Counted from the stretch's first letter, positions 10,187 through 20,368 are shown. The stretch is DNA of 64,000 nucleotides from Candidatus Parcubacteria bacterium (GCA_025999395.1 AP024682.1:468680-532679), one strand, 5' to 3'. The notes: generated by a model not told the origin, from the sequence alone. A program made the numbers and translations.

Positions 10187-11146
10187 ATGAAAAGTAAGCA
10201 GGAAGAAGAAAGGAAGGTAATTGTTATTGTTGGGCCAACGGCCAGTGGAAAATCGGATTTAGCTGTAAAAATTGCTAAGTTTATTAATCGTTTTCAAAAA
10301 AAGTTTGCAGTTGCTGGCGCAGAAATTCTTTCAGCTGATTCAAGGCAAATCTATAAAGGACTTGATTTAGTTTCCGGTAAGGTCCCCAAAGAAAAAGGAA
10401 AAAAGGATTACTACTATCAAGAAATTAAGCATCACCTTTTGGATATTGCTTCCCCTAAAAAAACTTTTTCTGTAGCTCAATACCAAAAGAAAGGAAAAGA
10501 AATTATTGAAAAACTTTTTAAAGAAAATAAGATCCCTATTATTTGTGGGGGAACGGGATTTTATATTGATTCTTTAATTTATAATTTAAGCTTTCCCGCT
10601 GTTAAACCTCAACCTAAATTAAGAAAAAAATTAGAAAAACTTTCTCTGCAAGAGCTTTATCAAAAATTAAAAAAATTAGATCCTCAAAGAGCTCAAACTA
10701 TTGATAAATTTAATAAAAGAAGATTAATCAGAGCTTTAGAAATTGTTCTTGCCACCCAAAAACCAATCCCTCCTTTAAAAAAAGAGAGGATTTTTAACAC
10801 TTTAAAAATAGGAATTCTAATCGAAAAAAAAGAACTTTCAAAAAAAATTCTTAAAAGAATTAAGAAAAGAATCAACCAAGGAATGATTAAAGAGGTTCAG
10901 CGACTTCATCGACAAGGGCTTTCCTGGAAGCGATTAGAAAGTTTTGGGTTGGAACTTAAATGGATCTCTCTTTATCTTCAGAAAAAAATTAGCCTCTATC
11001 AAATGATAAATAATCTCCTTAAAGACATTTGCCAATATGCCAAAAGACAAATGACTTGGTGGAAAAAAGAAAAAGATATTCACTGGATTCCTTTTTCAGA
11101 AAAAAAGAAAGCCCTTGATTTAGTCAAGAGCTTTCTTTTAAATTAA
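10187..11146 (+). CDS. miaA: tRNA dimethylallyltransferase
   Basis: P-loop VIVIVGPTASGKSDLAV and ILSADSRQIYKGLDLVSGK motifs. Confidence 0.9.
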   Translation: MKSKQEEERKVIVIVGPTASGKSDLAVKIAKFINRFQKKFAVAGAEILSADSRQIYKGLDLVSGKVPKEKGKKDYYYQEIKHHLLDIASPKKTFSVAQYQKKGKEIIEKLFKENKIPIICGGTGFYIDSLIYNLSFPAVKPQPKLRKKLEKLSLQELYQKLKKLDPQRAQTIDKFNKRRLIRALEIVLATQKPIPPLKKERIFNTLKIGILIEKKELSKKILKRIKKRINQGMIKEVQRLHRQGLSWKRLESFGLELKWISLYLQKKISLYQMINNLLKDICQYAKRQMTWWKKEKDIHWIPFSEKKKALDLVKSFLLN

Positions 11147-11631
11147 TCGCTCTCTTTATTTTGATTTTCTTCCTCTGTTTGAGGGTTTTCTTTTCTTTCT
11201 CTCATTCGCCCCTCAATCTTCCGGCTTAATTTATTAGTTATTAGAGTTATTCTACTTAATAGATTTAGCAATCTTTCAGCTCCCATCATATTTATTGCTT
11301 GATCAATTTTATTTGAATCATTCCAGCTATAAACTAAACTTAAGAAATTTTCCAAAACTTCTCTGGTTTTTTCCTGTAGTCGCCTTTCCCTTTCCTCTTG
11401 AATATCAGAGTAAAGTTTCTCTAATAATTCGGCTATTTGAGTTAGTTGAGTGTCGGTTATTTTTTCTTTCATTTTTTTCACCTCCCGCTCTTCACTTCTG
11501 TCAGAGCCTCTTAAAATATCCATCAAATTAAATAATTCTTGCTCAATTCCCTCCAAATTAACTGGTAAAGATTCTTTTTCTTCTCTTTCCAAATTACCGC
11601 TAAAGCCTATTTCTCTATGAGTCATAATCAA
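11143..11631 (-). CDS. hypothetical protein, acidic and coiled-coil rich (162 aa)
   Basis: Complete ORF with no recognisable motif; overlaps the miaA stop by 4 nt; first gene downstream of the 82-aa ORF. Confidence 0.5.
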   Translation of the reverse strand: MIMTHREIGFSGNLEREEKESLPVNLEGIEQELFNLMDILRGSDRSEEREVKKMKEKITDTQLTQIAELLEKLYSDIQEERERRLQEKTREVLENFLSLVYSWNDSNKIDQAINMMGAERLLNLLSRITLITNKLSRKIEGRMRERKENPQTEEENQNKESD

Positions 11632-11636
11632 AAAAT

Positions 11637-11885
11637 TTAGTTCTTATTCTCTAAACTTGCTTGCCATTGATCAAGATCTTCTTTTGAAATTTTCCCTCTT
11701 TTAAATAACTCTTCAGCTACTTTCTTTAATTCTTCTTTTAACTCTTCATCAGTTAATTCACTAAGCTCGGCAATTCCTTCTCTAACTTTAAGTATCTCTC
11801 TTTGAGCAGTTACTTCTTGCTCAGCTGTTATTTTTCGCTCTTCTTGATTAGATTGATTGTTATTCATCAAATTTTCCATATTCAT
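11637..11885 (-). CDS. hypothetical small coiled-coil protein (82 aa)
   Basis: ORF packed 5 nt from the next gene; N/Q-rich N-terminus then a charged helix. Confidence 0.45.
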   Translation of the reverse strand: MNMENLMNNNQSNQEERKITAEQEVTAQREILKVREGIAELSELTDEELKEELKKVAEELFKRGKISKEDLDQWQASLENKN

Positions 11886-11981
11886 ATTAATATATTAATA
11901 ATAAAGTTTAATAATAATTTATTTTGCGACCATTTTAAAAACTAACACTTTAATTCATTAACTTAATTCTTTTTTATTCAT

Positions 11982-12830
11982 TTATTCATTTCTTATCTTG
12001 AGCCGCTTTTCTAAATGCTTTAATACCAAATCACCTCTTTTTAAAGCCATCTCCGGAGTTAACAAGCGTGTTTTTTTTAATTCATCCATTATTTCATTTT
12101 TAAATTTCAAAAATGATTCATCAAAAATATATTGGGGTATATCATAATAAGAATTTTCGTCATAAATAATTCTTTTATATAACTTAACCACTTTTTCCAT
12201 AATTTCCCCCAAAGAAAGAACGCCCTCTTGAGATAATCTAGCTGCTTTTGTATAAGGATCAGAAGTTGATTTTTCCCAGTATGAATCACTAAAAACAAAC
12301 CCTCTTAAAAATCCTTCCCAAATTTCAAATCTCAATGTTTTGTAGATAACCTCACTCATAGATTCCTTCTTTGACGAAGGCTCCCATTCTCCTATTCTTT
12401 CTTCTATAACTTTTTCCGCCTCCTTCCAAATCTCTTCCAATCTTTTCATTTGTATTTCTCTATTAGAAGGAATCTTTCTCTCAAAAATTAAAAATATATA
12501 ATTTTTAAGCAAATTTAAAAAAGTTCGATAATAACCCTCCTTTTCGCTACGTCCCCTGCCCCGTGTTCTGAAGAAAATTTCTCTTAAAGCCTCACTGAGT
12601 TCATCAATTTTTGATTCCAAAAAATTAGGATTCAATTCCTCTCCTCCGCGAATAAGATGTTCAATGTAATTTATCAGATCAGAGCCACCGAGAATAGATA
12701 AATTTTTCTTTACTATTTGAAGCTCATAATCGGGAAGCTGGAGTCCAACATTTGCAAGGGCAATATCTTCAATGTTTTTTTTCTGAGATCCTCCTCCTCC
12801 CTCATTGAAATGAAAATATAAAGCGCTCAT
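11982..12830 (-). CDS. hypothetical protein (282 aa)
   Basis: Long ORF with no family recognised; about 30% GC, a little below the housekeeping neighbours. Confidence 0.55.
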   Translation of the reverse strand: MSALYFHFNEGGGGSQKKNIEDIALANVGLQLPDYELQIVKKNLSILGGSDLINYIEHLIRGGEELNPNFLESKIDELSEALREIFFRTRGRGRSEKEGYYRTFLNLLKNYIFLIFERKIPSNREIQMKRLEEIWKEAEKVIEERIGEWEPSSKKESMSEVIYKTLRFEIWEGFLRGFVFSDSYWEKSTSDPYTKAARLSQEGVLSLGEIMEKVVKLYKRIIYDENSYYDIPQYIFDESFLKFKNEIMDELKKTRLLTPEMALKRGDLVLKHLEKRLKIRNE

Positions 12831-12854
12831 ATTTTGTTTATTGTAAATTATTTT

Positions 12855-14306
12855 TTAATCTGTTTCCTTTCTTTTTAATTCTTCAAAAATTGAGTGGATA
12901 ATTTTGGGATTAGCTTTGCCTTTTGTTTCCTTCATCACTTGGCCGATTAAGAATTGCAAGGCATTTTCCTTTCCATTTTTGTAATCATACCATACTTTTT
13001 GATTTTTGTCAATAACTAAGCGAGCAATCTTTTCTAACTGATTCTCATCCGAAACCTGCTCCAAATTGCCAGCCGCAATTACTTCCTGAGGAGAAGAGCC
13101 CTCCTCAAAGACTTTAGCTAATACATCTTTCGCTACTCGACTAGAAATTTTTCCATTTCCCGCTAAAGAAACAAGATAAGCCAAATCCTTAGGCTTAAGT
13201 TTTGAGTTTTCAAGAAGAGTGCCCTTTTCTTTTTCTAAGCCCTTCACATCAGAAACAAGATAGTTATAAACCAAATTAATATCCGCTTCTTTATTCAAGC
13301 TTTTCAACTCAGAAACTGCTTCCTCAAAAAAGTCAGCTAAATAAGGGTTTTCAACTAAAACTTGACTTTTCTTTTCTGAAAGGTTGTATTCTTTTTCAAA
13401 TCTTTCTCTTTTTTCTTGAGGAAGTTCTTCTATTTTTGATCTTATTTCTTCAATCATCTCAGCGCTTAAAGAAAAAGGAGGTAGATCTGGCTCAGGAAAA
13501 TAACGATAATCGTGAGCCTCTTCTTTACTGCGTTGAGAAAAAGTTTCTTCTTTTATTTCATCCCACCCTCGAGTTTCCTGAACTACTTGATGACCTTTTT
13601 CCAGCAAATCAATTTGTCTTTTAATTTCATAATCTATTGCTTTAGCAAGAGCACGAAAAGAATTTAAGTTCTTTACTTCTACTTTAGTTCCTAACTCATT
13701 CGAATTTTGAGAAACAGAAATGTTAGCCTCTAATCTTAAATTCCCCTTTTCCATATCTGCTGCCGAAACCTTAAGATAACGCAAGATAAGTTGTAGTTCT
13801 TGAGCAAATTCAACCACCTCTTGAGCTGAGGAAAAATCTGGCTCAGTCACTAATTCCATTAAAGGCACTCCCGCTCGATTAAAATCGACCAAACTATGTT
13901 TACCATCAGGAGAATGAAAAAGCTTAGCGGCGTCTTCTTCCAAATGAATTCGACGAATCCCTATTCTTTTTTTAAGAAACGGCAAAATTAAAAAACCTTG
14001 ATAACAAAAAGGTTGATCATACTGACTAATCTGATAAGCTTTAGGCAAATCAGGATAAAAATAATTTTTTCTATCAAATTTAGAAAAATGATTGATTCTA
14101 CAATTTAAAGCCAGACCCGTTTTAATAACCAATTCAATTGCCTTCCAGTTGGCTTTAGGAAGGGTTCCCGGATGTCCTAAACAAATAGGACAAACATTAA
14201 TATTGGGTTCAGTTTCAAGAGGATCGTTTTTACAATCACAAAACATCTTGCTTTCTGTCAGAAGCTCAGCATGAATTTCTAAACCAATAGTTGGGTAATA
14301 TTTCAT
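12855..14306 (-). CDS. gatB: Asp-tRNA(Asn)/Glu-tRNA(Gln) amidotransferase subunit B
   Basis: MKYYPTIGLEIHAEL N-terminus, CDC/CPICLG zinc motifs, GatB/YqeY tail. Confidence 0.95.
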   Translation of the reverse strand: MKYYPTIGLEIHAELLTESKMFCDCKNDPLETEPNINVCPICLGHPGTLPKANWKAIELVIKTGLALNCRINHFSKFDRKNYFYPDLPKAYQISQYDQPFCYQGFLILPFLKKRIGIRRIHLEEDAAKLFHSPDGKHSLVDFNRAGVPLMELVTEPDFSSAQEVVEFAQELQLILRYLKVSAADMEKGNLRLEANISVSQNSNELGTKVEVKNLNSFRALAKAIDYEIKRQIDLLEKGHQVVQETRGWDEIKEETFSQRSKEEAHDYRYFPEPDLPPFSLSAEMIEEIRSKIEELPQEKRERFEKEYNLSEKKSQVLVENPYLADFFEEAVSELKSLNKEADINLVYNYLVSDVKGLEKEKGTLLENSKLKPKDLAYLVSLAGNGKISSRVAKDVLAKVFEEGSSPQEVIAAGNLEQVSDENQLEKIARLVIDKNQKVWYDYKNGKENALQFLIGQVMKETKGKANPKIIHSIFEELKRKETD

Positions 14307-14370
14307 AATTAAAAAATCAAATTCTAACTCACTTCAAATATTTATTCATTCTTTCAAAAAAGCAGAGAAA

Positions 14371-14997
14371 CTACAAGTATTCTGCTAAAGAAACTTTTGT
14401 TTTTTCAAAAACTTCTTGAGGAGTTCCATTTCCATCAATTATCTCAAACCCCTGAAAATGTCTTCCGATATTCAAGTAGGCTTCTCTCACCAATCTTTGT
14501 CTTTCTAAAGTTTCAAAATAAGTTTTTTCCTCTCCTCTTTTTTCTATTCGCCCCAAAGCAATATCAGGGCTGACATCAAAAAATAAAGTTTTGGCAGGTA
14601 AAATAAAATCCTTACCGATAATCTGCTTGTGATAATCAAAAAGGGTTTTCCAGTGAAGACTTTTATCTAAACTTCCATAAGCTAAAGTAGAAAGAAAATA
14701 GCGATCACAAAAAACTAAATTTCCTTTTTTTAGCTGAGGTTTAATAAATTTTTCAATATGTTCCTTTCTATCCAAAATATAAAGCAATTGAAGATCTCTT
14801 AAAGAAAAATCGGTAATTTTCCCTGAAAGAATTTCATCTATTTTCTGAGACCAATGGCTTTCTCGGGTATGTTCAAAAGTAAAAACAACATTTGTTCTTT
14901 GTCTTTTTTGAAAGTAATCTTTTAGCATTTCTATTTGGGTTCCCTTACCTGAGCCGTCTATTCCTTCAAAAACAACAAAGTTTCTTTCAGTTACCAT
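14371..14997 (-). CDS. tmk: thymidylate kinase
   Basis: FVVFEGIDGSGKGTQ P-loop and DRY motif. Confidence 0.9.
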   Translation of the reverse strand: MVTERNFVVFEGIDGSGKGTQIEMLKDYFQKRQRTNVVFTFEHTRESHWSQKIDEILSGKITDFSLRDLQLLYILDRKEHIEKFIKPQLKKGNLVFCDRYFLSTLAYGSLDKSLHWKTLFDYHKQIIGKDFILPAKTLFFDVSPDIALGRIEKRGEEKTYFETLERQRLVREAYLNIGRHFQGFEIIDGNGTPQEVFEKTKVSLAEYL

Positions 14998-15067
14998 AAG
15001 TCCATTATAACAAAAACAGCCTTCTCAAAAAAGCAGGCTGTTTAAAATTTAAGTTTGAAAAACATTT

Positions 15068-15520
15068 TTATTCGTTTCTTACTTCAATCCCCATTGAGCG
15101 AGCGGTCCCCTCGACAATTTTCATCGCTGCTTCAATATCGGTGGTATTTAAATCGGGCATTTTCTTTTCAGCAATTTTTCTTACATCCTCTTTGGTTACA
15201 AACCCCACTTTATTTCTCAAAGGATCGCCAGAGCCCTTTTCAATTCCTACCCCTCCCCCTCCTTTAAGAGAACGAGCGGCTTTCTTTAATAAATCGGAAA
15301 CTGGCGGGGTTTTTAGCTGAAATTCAAAGGTTCTATCTTCATAGATTGTAATTACCGCAGGAATCACACTGCCTGCCATTTCTTTGGTGGCTTCATTAAA
15401 TTGCTGACAAAACTGCCCTAAGTTAATTCCGTAAGGACCCAAAGCGGTTCCTACTGGAGGAGCTGGGGTAGCGCTAGCTGCTGGAAGTTGAATTTTTATT
15501 ACTGCCTTAATTGGTTTCAT
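15068..15520 (-). CDS. rplK: 50S ribosomal protein L11
   Basis: [22 protein letters not shown] signature. Confidence 0.95.
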   Translation of the reverse strand: MKPIKAVIKIQLPAASATPAPPVGTALGPYGINLGQFCQQFNEATKEMAGSVIPAVITIYEDRTFEFQLKTPPVSDLLKKAARSLKGGGGVGIEKGSGDPLRNKVGFVTKEDVRKIAEKKMPDLNTTDIEAAMKIVEGTARSMGIEVRNE

Positions 15521-15569
15521 ATTTTCTAAAAAAATAACAAATAATCTTTAAAAAAGCAATGAATAACTA

Positions 15570-16184
15570 CTAGACTTTTTGCAATTGGAGAGAATCAATT
15601 TCTACTACCGTTTCTCTTCCAAAAATAGGGATGGCTACTTTGACTCTTCCTCTTTCCTCGTCCACCTCCAACACCTTTCCTTCATAATCCTTAAAAGGAC
15701 CATCTATAATTTTTACCAAATCTCCTGCCGAGTAATCAATTCTAAACTTCATCTCTTTCTCTTTATTATCGCTGATAAAAGAAAGTAGATAATTTACCTC
15801 TTCTTGAGAAAGAGGAGTGGGCTTCGTGGGATCTGGACCAACAAAGCCCATTACTCGCGGAGTGTTTCTTACAACATACCACGAATCTTCAGTTAAGTTC
15901 ATTTCTACCAAAACATAGCCGGGATAAACTTTTTCTTCAACAATCTTCTTTTTACCGTTTTTAATCTTAATCTTCTTCTCTTTAGGAACAACAACATTAA
16001 AAATTTTGTCACCCATCGAAAGAGATTCGACTCGTTGCTTTAAATAGCGAGCCACTGCGTCTTCATAGCCAGAATAGGTATGAATAGCATACCAACGACG
16101 CTGATCTCTTTCCTTATCAGTGACTTGCAAATCTCTTTCCTTTTTTTCTTCGGCTGTTTCTTTAGCTTTATTTTTTTCTTCCAT
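15570..16184 (-). CDS. nusG: transcription termination/antitermination factor NusG
   Basis: WYAIHTYSGYE NGN domain and C-terminal KOW (VKIIDGPFKDYEGKV); secE-nusG-rplK synteny. Confidence 0.9.
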   Translation of the reverse strand: MEEKNKAKETAEEKKERDLQVTDKERDQRRWYAIHTYSGYEDAVARYLKQRVESLSMGDKIFNVVVPKEKKIKIKNGKKKIVEEKVYPGYVLVEMNLTEDSWYVVRNTPRVMGFVGPDPTKPTPLSQEEVNYLLSFISDNKEKEMKFRIDYSAGDLVKIIDGPFKDYEGKVLEVDEERGRVKVAIPIFGRETVVEIDSLQLQKV

Positions 16185-16206
16185 TTTTACTTTCTTAATT
16201 ACTTAA

Positions 16207-16416
16207 TTAAAAGTGAAGATTAAAAATCAGTTGCTCTAAACCATAAGAAAAGATAATATCCAAGACTCCCAAAAAAATAGCCAAAGCCACAGAAAAACCT
16301 AACACAATCAAGGTTAGTTTGGTTACTTCTTTTCGAGTAGGCCAGTTCACTTTCTTTACTTCCTGCCATGACTCCAAAAGATAGTTTTTTAATCTAGAAA
16401 TCATATTTTCAAACAA
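16207..16416 (-). CDS. secE: preprotein translocase subunit SecE
   Basis: KNYLLESWQEVKKVNWPTRKE followed by a single TM helix, 69 aa, upstream of nusG. Confidence 0.8.
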   Translation of the reverse strand: MFENMISRLKNYLLESWQEVKKVNWPTRKEVTKLTLIVLGFSVALAIFLGVLDIIFSYGLEQLIFNLHF

Positions 16417-16433
16417 AGTTTATTAATTTATTT

Positions 16434-16453
16434 AAAAACCGCCTTGGGGCGGC
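16434..16453 (-). terminator. rho-independent terminator downstream of gyrB (minus strand)
   Basis: Minus-strand hairpin CCGCC-CCAA-GGCGG followed by TTTTT. Confidence 0.5.
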
Positions 16454-16515
16454 TCACTTTTAATTTATCAAGATTTAAAGCTTGTGTCAAATTTATTTTT
16501 AATATTATATCAACC

Positions 16516-18561
16516 CTAAATATCTAAGTTCTTCACCATTACCGCTCGACTTTGAATAAAATGTTTTCTGGGTTCTACTTTTTCTCCCATTAAAATATCA
16601 AACATTCGATCAGCTTCTTGAGCGTCAGCAATGGTAACTTGCCGCAAAATTCTTGTCTCGGGATTCATCGTTGTTTCCCATAACTGCTGAGGATTCATTT
16701 CCCCTAAACCCTTGTAGCGCTGAATGTTGATATTTAAGGAAGATTCTGGTGATTCCTTTGCTTCCTTTTGATCGTCTTTCTTAGTTTTTTTACTAACAGT
16801 TTCCTGATGCTTTTTAGTTATTTGCTCGATGATTTTATCTTTTTCCGCGTCTGAATAAGCATACCAAAACTCCTTTCCTTTTTGGATTTTGTATAAAGGC
16901 GGTTGAGCAATGTAAAGATAACCCCTTTCTATTACTTCTCTAAAATAGCGGTAAAAAAGAGTTAAAAGCAGGGTTCGAATATGAGCGCCATCAACATCAG
17001 CATCAGTCATAATAATAATCTTGTGATAGCGAATTTTGTCGGGGTTAAAGTCATTACCAATTGCCGCTCCCAAAGCAATTACTAAAGACTTAATCTCGTT
17101 ATTAGCAAGCATTTTATCCAAGCGCGCTTTCTCGACATTTAAAATTTTTCCTCGCAAAGGCAAAACTGCTTGAAAGCGTCTGTCCCGCCCTTGCTTTCCA
17201 CTTCCTCCCGCTGAATCACCTTCTACGATAAATAATTCTGATTCAGAAGGATCTTTAGAAATACAATCTGCTAATTTACCCGGCAACGATAAACCTTCCA
17301 AAGGCCCGCGTCTTAAAACGGTTTCTTTAGCGGCTTTAGCGGCTCGTCGAGCTTTGGCAGCTAAAAGACATTTAGCAATAATATTTTTGGCAGAGGAAGG
17401 ATTTTTTTCAAGAAATTCTTTAAGCGCCTCAGAAACAACGGATTCGGTAGCGGTTCGAGCAGAAGGATTTCCTAATCGCGCTTTGGTTTGCCCCTCAAAT
17501 TGAGGCTCTTTAATTTTTATAGAAACAATGGCTACTAAACCTTCTCTAACATCATCTCCAGTTAGATTTTCTTCTTTTTCCTTAATGTAACCATTTTGAC
17601 GAGCGTAATCGTTTAAAACTCTGGTTAAAGCCGAACGAAAACCAGTTAAATGAGTTCCCCCATCAGAAGTATAAATATTGTTAGCAAAACTTAGTTCTTG
17701 AATTTCGGTGTCATTACTATAAACAAAAGCCGCTTCTACCTGAATAGTTTCTGCCTTTTTAGAAGCTGGTGCTTCTTCGGCAAAAACAAAATCTTTACTG
17801 ACATAAAAAGGAACCTCCTGAATAACTTCAGTAAATTCAGTTAAATAATCCAAAAAAGAAAGCAAGCCTCCTTCAAAATAAAAAGCATAATAATCAACCG
17901 CTTCCTCTCTTTCATCAATGACTTCAATTTTTACTCCCTTCACCAAAAAAGCTTGCTGACGAAGATGATCGATGATTTTCTTTTTATCAAATTCAATTTT
18001 GGAAAAAATTTCTTTATCTGGTTGAAAGGTAACGATGGTTCCGGTTTTAGAAGAAGTTCCTACCTTTTTTAATTTATACTGAGGAACCCCTCTTTTATAC
18101 TCTTGAACATAAATTCCCCCATCTCTTTCCACTTCTACTTTCATCCAAGAAGAAAGAGCATTAACCACCGAAACTCCTACGCCGTGAAGTCCTCCGGCAA
18201 CTTTATAAGATTCGCCTCCAAACTTTCCACCAGCATGAAGAGTACAAAGCACCGTTTCAAGAGCTGATTTTTTAGTTTGAGGATGAATATCCACTGGAAT
18301 TCCTCTTCCATCGTCTGTTACCCTTACTTTGTTTTCCTTAAGAAGTTCAACTCGAATATTTTTAGCAAAACCAGCCATTGCTTCATCAATAGAGTTATCT
18401 ACCACCTCCCAAATTAAATGATGAAGGCCATCTACACCGGTGGAGCCAATATACATTCCCGGTCTTTTGCGAACCGGCTCTAAACCTTCCAAAACATAAA
18501 TATCCTTGGCAGTATAAGTGCTTGTCTTTTGAGTATTTTTTTCTTCTTTATTTTTATCCAT
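16516..18561 (-). CDS. gyrB: DNA gyrase subunit B
   Basis: GHKL ATPase motifs (EVVDNSIDEAMAG, GLHGVGVSVVNALS), Toprim (IVEGDSAGGS), C-terminal EGDSA tail. Confidence 0.95.
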   Translation of the reverse strand: MDKNKEEKNTQKTSTYTAKDIYVLEGLEPVRKRPGMYIGSTGVDGLHHLIWEVVDNSIDEAMAGFAKNIRVELLKENKVRVTDDGRGIPVDIHPQTKKSALETVLCTLHAGGKFGGESYKVAGGLHGVGVSVVNALSSWMKVEVERDGGIYVQEYKRGVPQYKLKKVGTSSKTGTIVTFQPDKEIFSKIEFDKKKIIDHLRQQAFLVKGVKIEVIDEREEAVDYYAFYFEGGLLSFLDYLTEFTEVIQEVPFYVSKDFVFAEEAPASKKAETIQVEAAFVYSNDTEIQELSFANNIYTSDGGTHLTGFRSALTRVLNDYARQNGYIKEKEENLTGDDVREGLVAIVSIKIKEPQFEGQTKARLGNPSARTATESVVSEALKEFLEKNPSSAKNIIAKCLLAAKARRAAKAAKETVLRRGPLEGLSLPGKLADCISKDPSESELFIVEGDSAGGSGKQGRDRRFQAVLPLRGKILNVEKARLDKMLANNEIKSLVIALGAAIGNDFNPDKIRYHKIIIMTDADVDGAHIRTLLLTLFYRYFREVIERGYLYIAQPPLYKIQKGKEFWYAYSDAEKDKIIEQITKKHQETVSKKTKKDDQKEAKESPESSLNINIQRYKGLGEMNPQQLWETTMNPETRILRQVTIADAQEADRMFDILMGEKVEPRKHFIQSRAVMVKNLDI

Positions 18562-18674
18562 AGGAATTTATTAACAAAAGAAAACTTCCTTCCTCAGGAA
18601 GAATCTAACTTAAGTATAACAAAAAACAAAAAGAAAAACAATTAAAATATTAAGTCAAAAAGCCTTGTTTTTGC

Positions 18675-19721
18675 TTATTTTTTTGCTAGCCACGGATAGA
18701 GTTTAGGCAAGTTTTCGAGAATGATATTCTTTGTTTCTTCTAAGGATTTTTTTACCACCGCTCCCGCTGCTAGTTTATGACCTCCGCCCCCTAAAAGCGC
18801 TGCCAATTGAGAAAGATCGACCCCAACATCTTCCTGCGCTCTCAAACTTACTTTAATAATTCCTTCCTCTTTTTCTATCAAAGTAATCACAATCTTCCAC
18901 TCCGCTACCAACTGCAATTCATCACTAACATTATTCAAAGAGATAATTTTTTTATCCACTCCGCTTTTTTCCAAATCTTTTAAAGTAATCTCAGAAATAA
19001 CCACTTGGCCATCAAAAAGAATTTCTAAATTGTTATAAGCCAAGCTTCTTAATTTGAGTATTTCTTTGTTTAATTTTTTCCTAGTAGCTTGAAAAACTTT
19101 TCTAAAGTCAGGATAAAGTCTTGCTAAAAAACAAGCAATCTCTAGTGTTTCTAAGCTGGTTTTATCGTATTGAAAGCCGCCGGTATCAGCATAAATACCC
19201 GCTAAAAGACAAGCCGCGATTTCAGGAGTAATTGTTATCCCCCACTCTTTAAAAAGATCATGAAGCATTTGGCAAGTAGCTGGGTAAGAAGAATCAATAA
19301 GATTGATGTCCCCAAAACCACTATTAGAATCGTGATGATCAATCACAATAGTTTTTAAATTGGAGGGAAAGGTTACTTTATTAAGTTGAGAAATCATCTC
19401 GGGACTGGCGCTGTCTAAAATGATAAAAAGATCAAATTCCTCTAAATTTACCTCAAAAAAATTTTTTTCTTCAATTTCTTTAAATCCGGGTAAAAAAGAG
19501 AGATTTTTCAAAACGCCCGAATCTCCTGAGATAACCACCGCTTTTTTACCAAGCCCCAAAAGAGCTTGATACATAGCCAAAGCACTGCCTACGCTGTCTT
19601 CATCAGGAAAAGGATGGCAATGAAGAAGAATCTTGCGAGAGTTTTTAATAGTTTCAAGAAGTTGAGAAGAAAGAAGAGGTGAAATTTTAGTCATAAAATC
19701 TTTGAATTTACAAGTAACCAC
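18675..19721 (-). CDS. nrnA: DHH-family phosphoesterase, NrnA-like bifunctional oligoribonuclease/pAp phosphatase
   Basis: DHH motif (IVIDHHDSN), DHHA1 GGGGH motif near the C-terminus. Confidence 0.75.
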   Translation of the reverse strand: MVTCKFKDFMTKISPLLSSQLLETIKNSRKILLHCHPFPDEDSVGSALAMYQALLGLGKKAVVISGDSGVLKNLSFLPGFKEIEEKNFFEVNLEEFDLFIILDSASPEMISQLNKVTFPSNLKTIVIDHHDSNSGFGDINLIDSSYPATCQMLHDLFKEWGITITPEIAACLLAGIYADTGGFQYDKTSLETLEIACFLARLYPDFRKVFQATRKKLNKEILKLRSLAYNNLEILFDGQVVISEITLKDLEKSGVDKKIISLNNVSDELQLVAEWKIVITLIEKEEGIIKVSLRAQEDVGVDLSQLAALLGGGGHKLAAGAVVKKSLEETKNIILENLPKLYPWLAKK

Positions 19722-19792
19722 CGACTCCTAATGATAAAGAAAAAAACTTCTTTTAGCAAATTACAGAAAACAATATCAAAAATTAAAAAATC

Positions 19793-19820
19793 TTGAATTC
19801 AGAAACAAAATTTTTATAAT
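19793..19820 (+). promoter_or_regulatory. sigma70-like promoter candidate for hsp20 (TTGAAT-N16-TATAAT)
   Basis: TTGAAT at 19793-19798 and TATAAT at 19815-19820 with a 16-nt spacer; about 65-nt leader before the hsp20 ATG. Confidence 0.4.
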
Positions 19821-19890
19821 TTATAGTGATTTTTTCACCCTCCTAAAGGTCGCTTAAAACCTAATTACAATTAACCTTTTTTATAAAACT

Positions 19891-20313
19891 ATGGCGCTAA
19901 TACCTTGGAAATCATTTAGCGATTTAGAAAAGTTTTTTGAAGATGATTGGTTTTTACCTGTTTTTTCTAAGCACACCCTCACCAAACCAGCTATTAATCT
20001 TAAAGAAACCGAAAAGGAATTTGTAGCTGAAGTGGAGGTGCCAGGTTTTGATCCCAAGAATATTGAGGTTTCGGTAGAGAATGGAATGCTAAGAGTAAAA
20101 GGGATGATAGACGAAGAAAAAGAAGAAAGAGAAAAAGATTATTGGCGCCATGAATTCAGACAAAGCTCTTTCGAAAGAGTTATTAGCTTGCCAAAAGCAG
20201 TAAAAGAAAATCAGATAGAAGCAACCTACGAAAAGGGCATTCTAAAGATAGTAATGCCCAAAGCTAAAGAAGAAAAAGCAACCAAAGTCAAAATTAAGGT
20301 TAAAGAAAAATAA
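19891..20313 (+). CDS. Hsp20/alpha-crystallin family small heat shock protein
   Basis: Alpha-crystallin domain (VDIKETEKEF-like INLKETEKEFVAEVEVPGF..ATYEKGILKIVMPK). Confidence 0.9.
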   Translation: MALIPWKSFSDLEKFFEDDWFLPVFSKHTLTKPAINLKETEKEFVAEVEVPGFDPKNIEVSVENGMLRVKGMIDEEKEEREKDYWRHEFRQSSFERVISLPKAVKENQIEATYEKGILKIVMPKAKEEKATKVKIKVKEK

Positions 20314-20340
20314 GCAAATCAATTATTTCCCCTTTCAAAA

Positions 20341-20368
20341 AAGCTCCTTGAGTTCAAGGAGCTTTTTT
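20341..20368 (+). terminator. rho-independent terminator after hsp20
   Basis: Perfect hairpin AGCTCCTTGA/TCAAGGAGCT followed by TTTTTT. Confidence 0.7.

Noticed and set aside
18573-18602. Weak hairpin (CTTCC-TGA-GGAAG + U-rich) between nrnA and gyrB
   Set aside because: It could terminate nrnA, but the stem is only 5 bp and it sits about 20 nt from the gyrB start codon; not confident enough to call.
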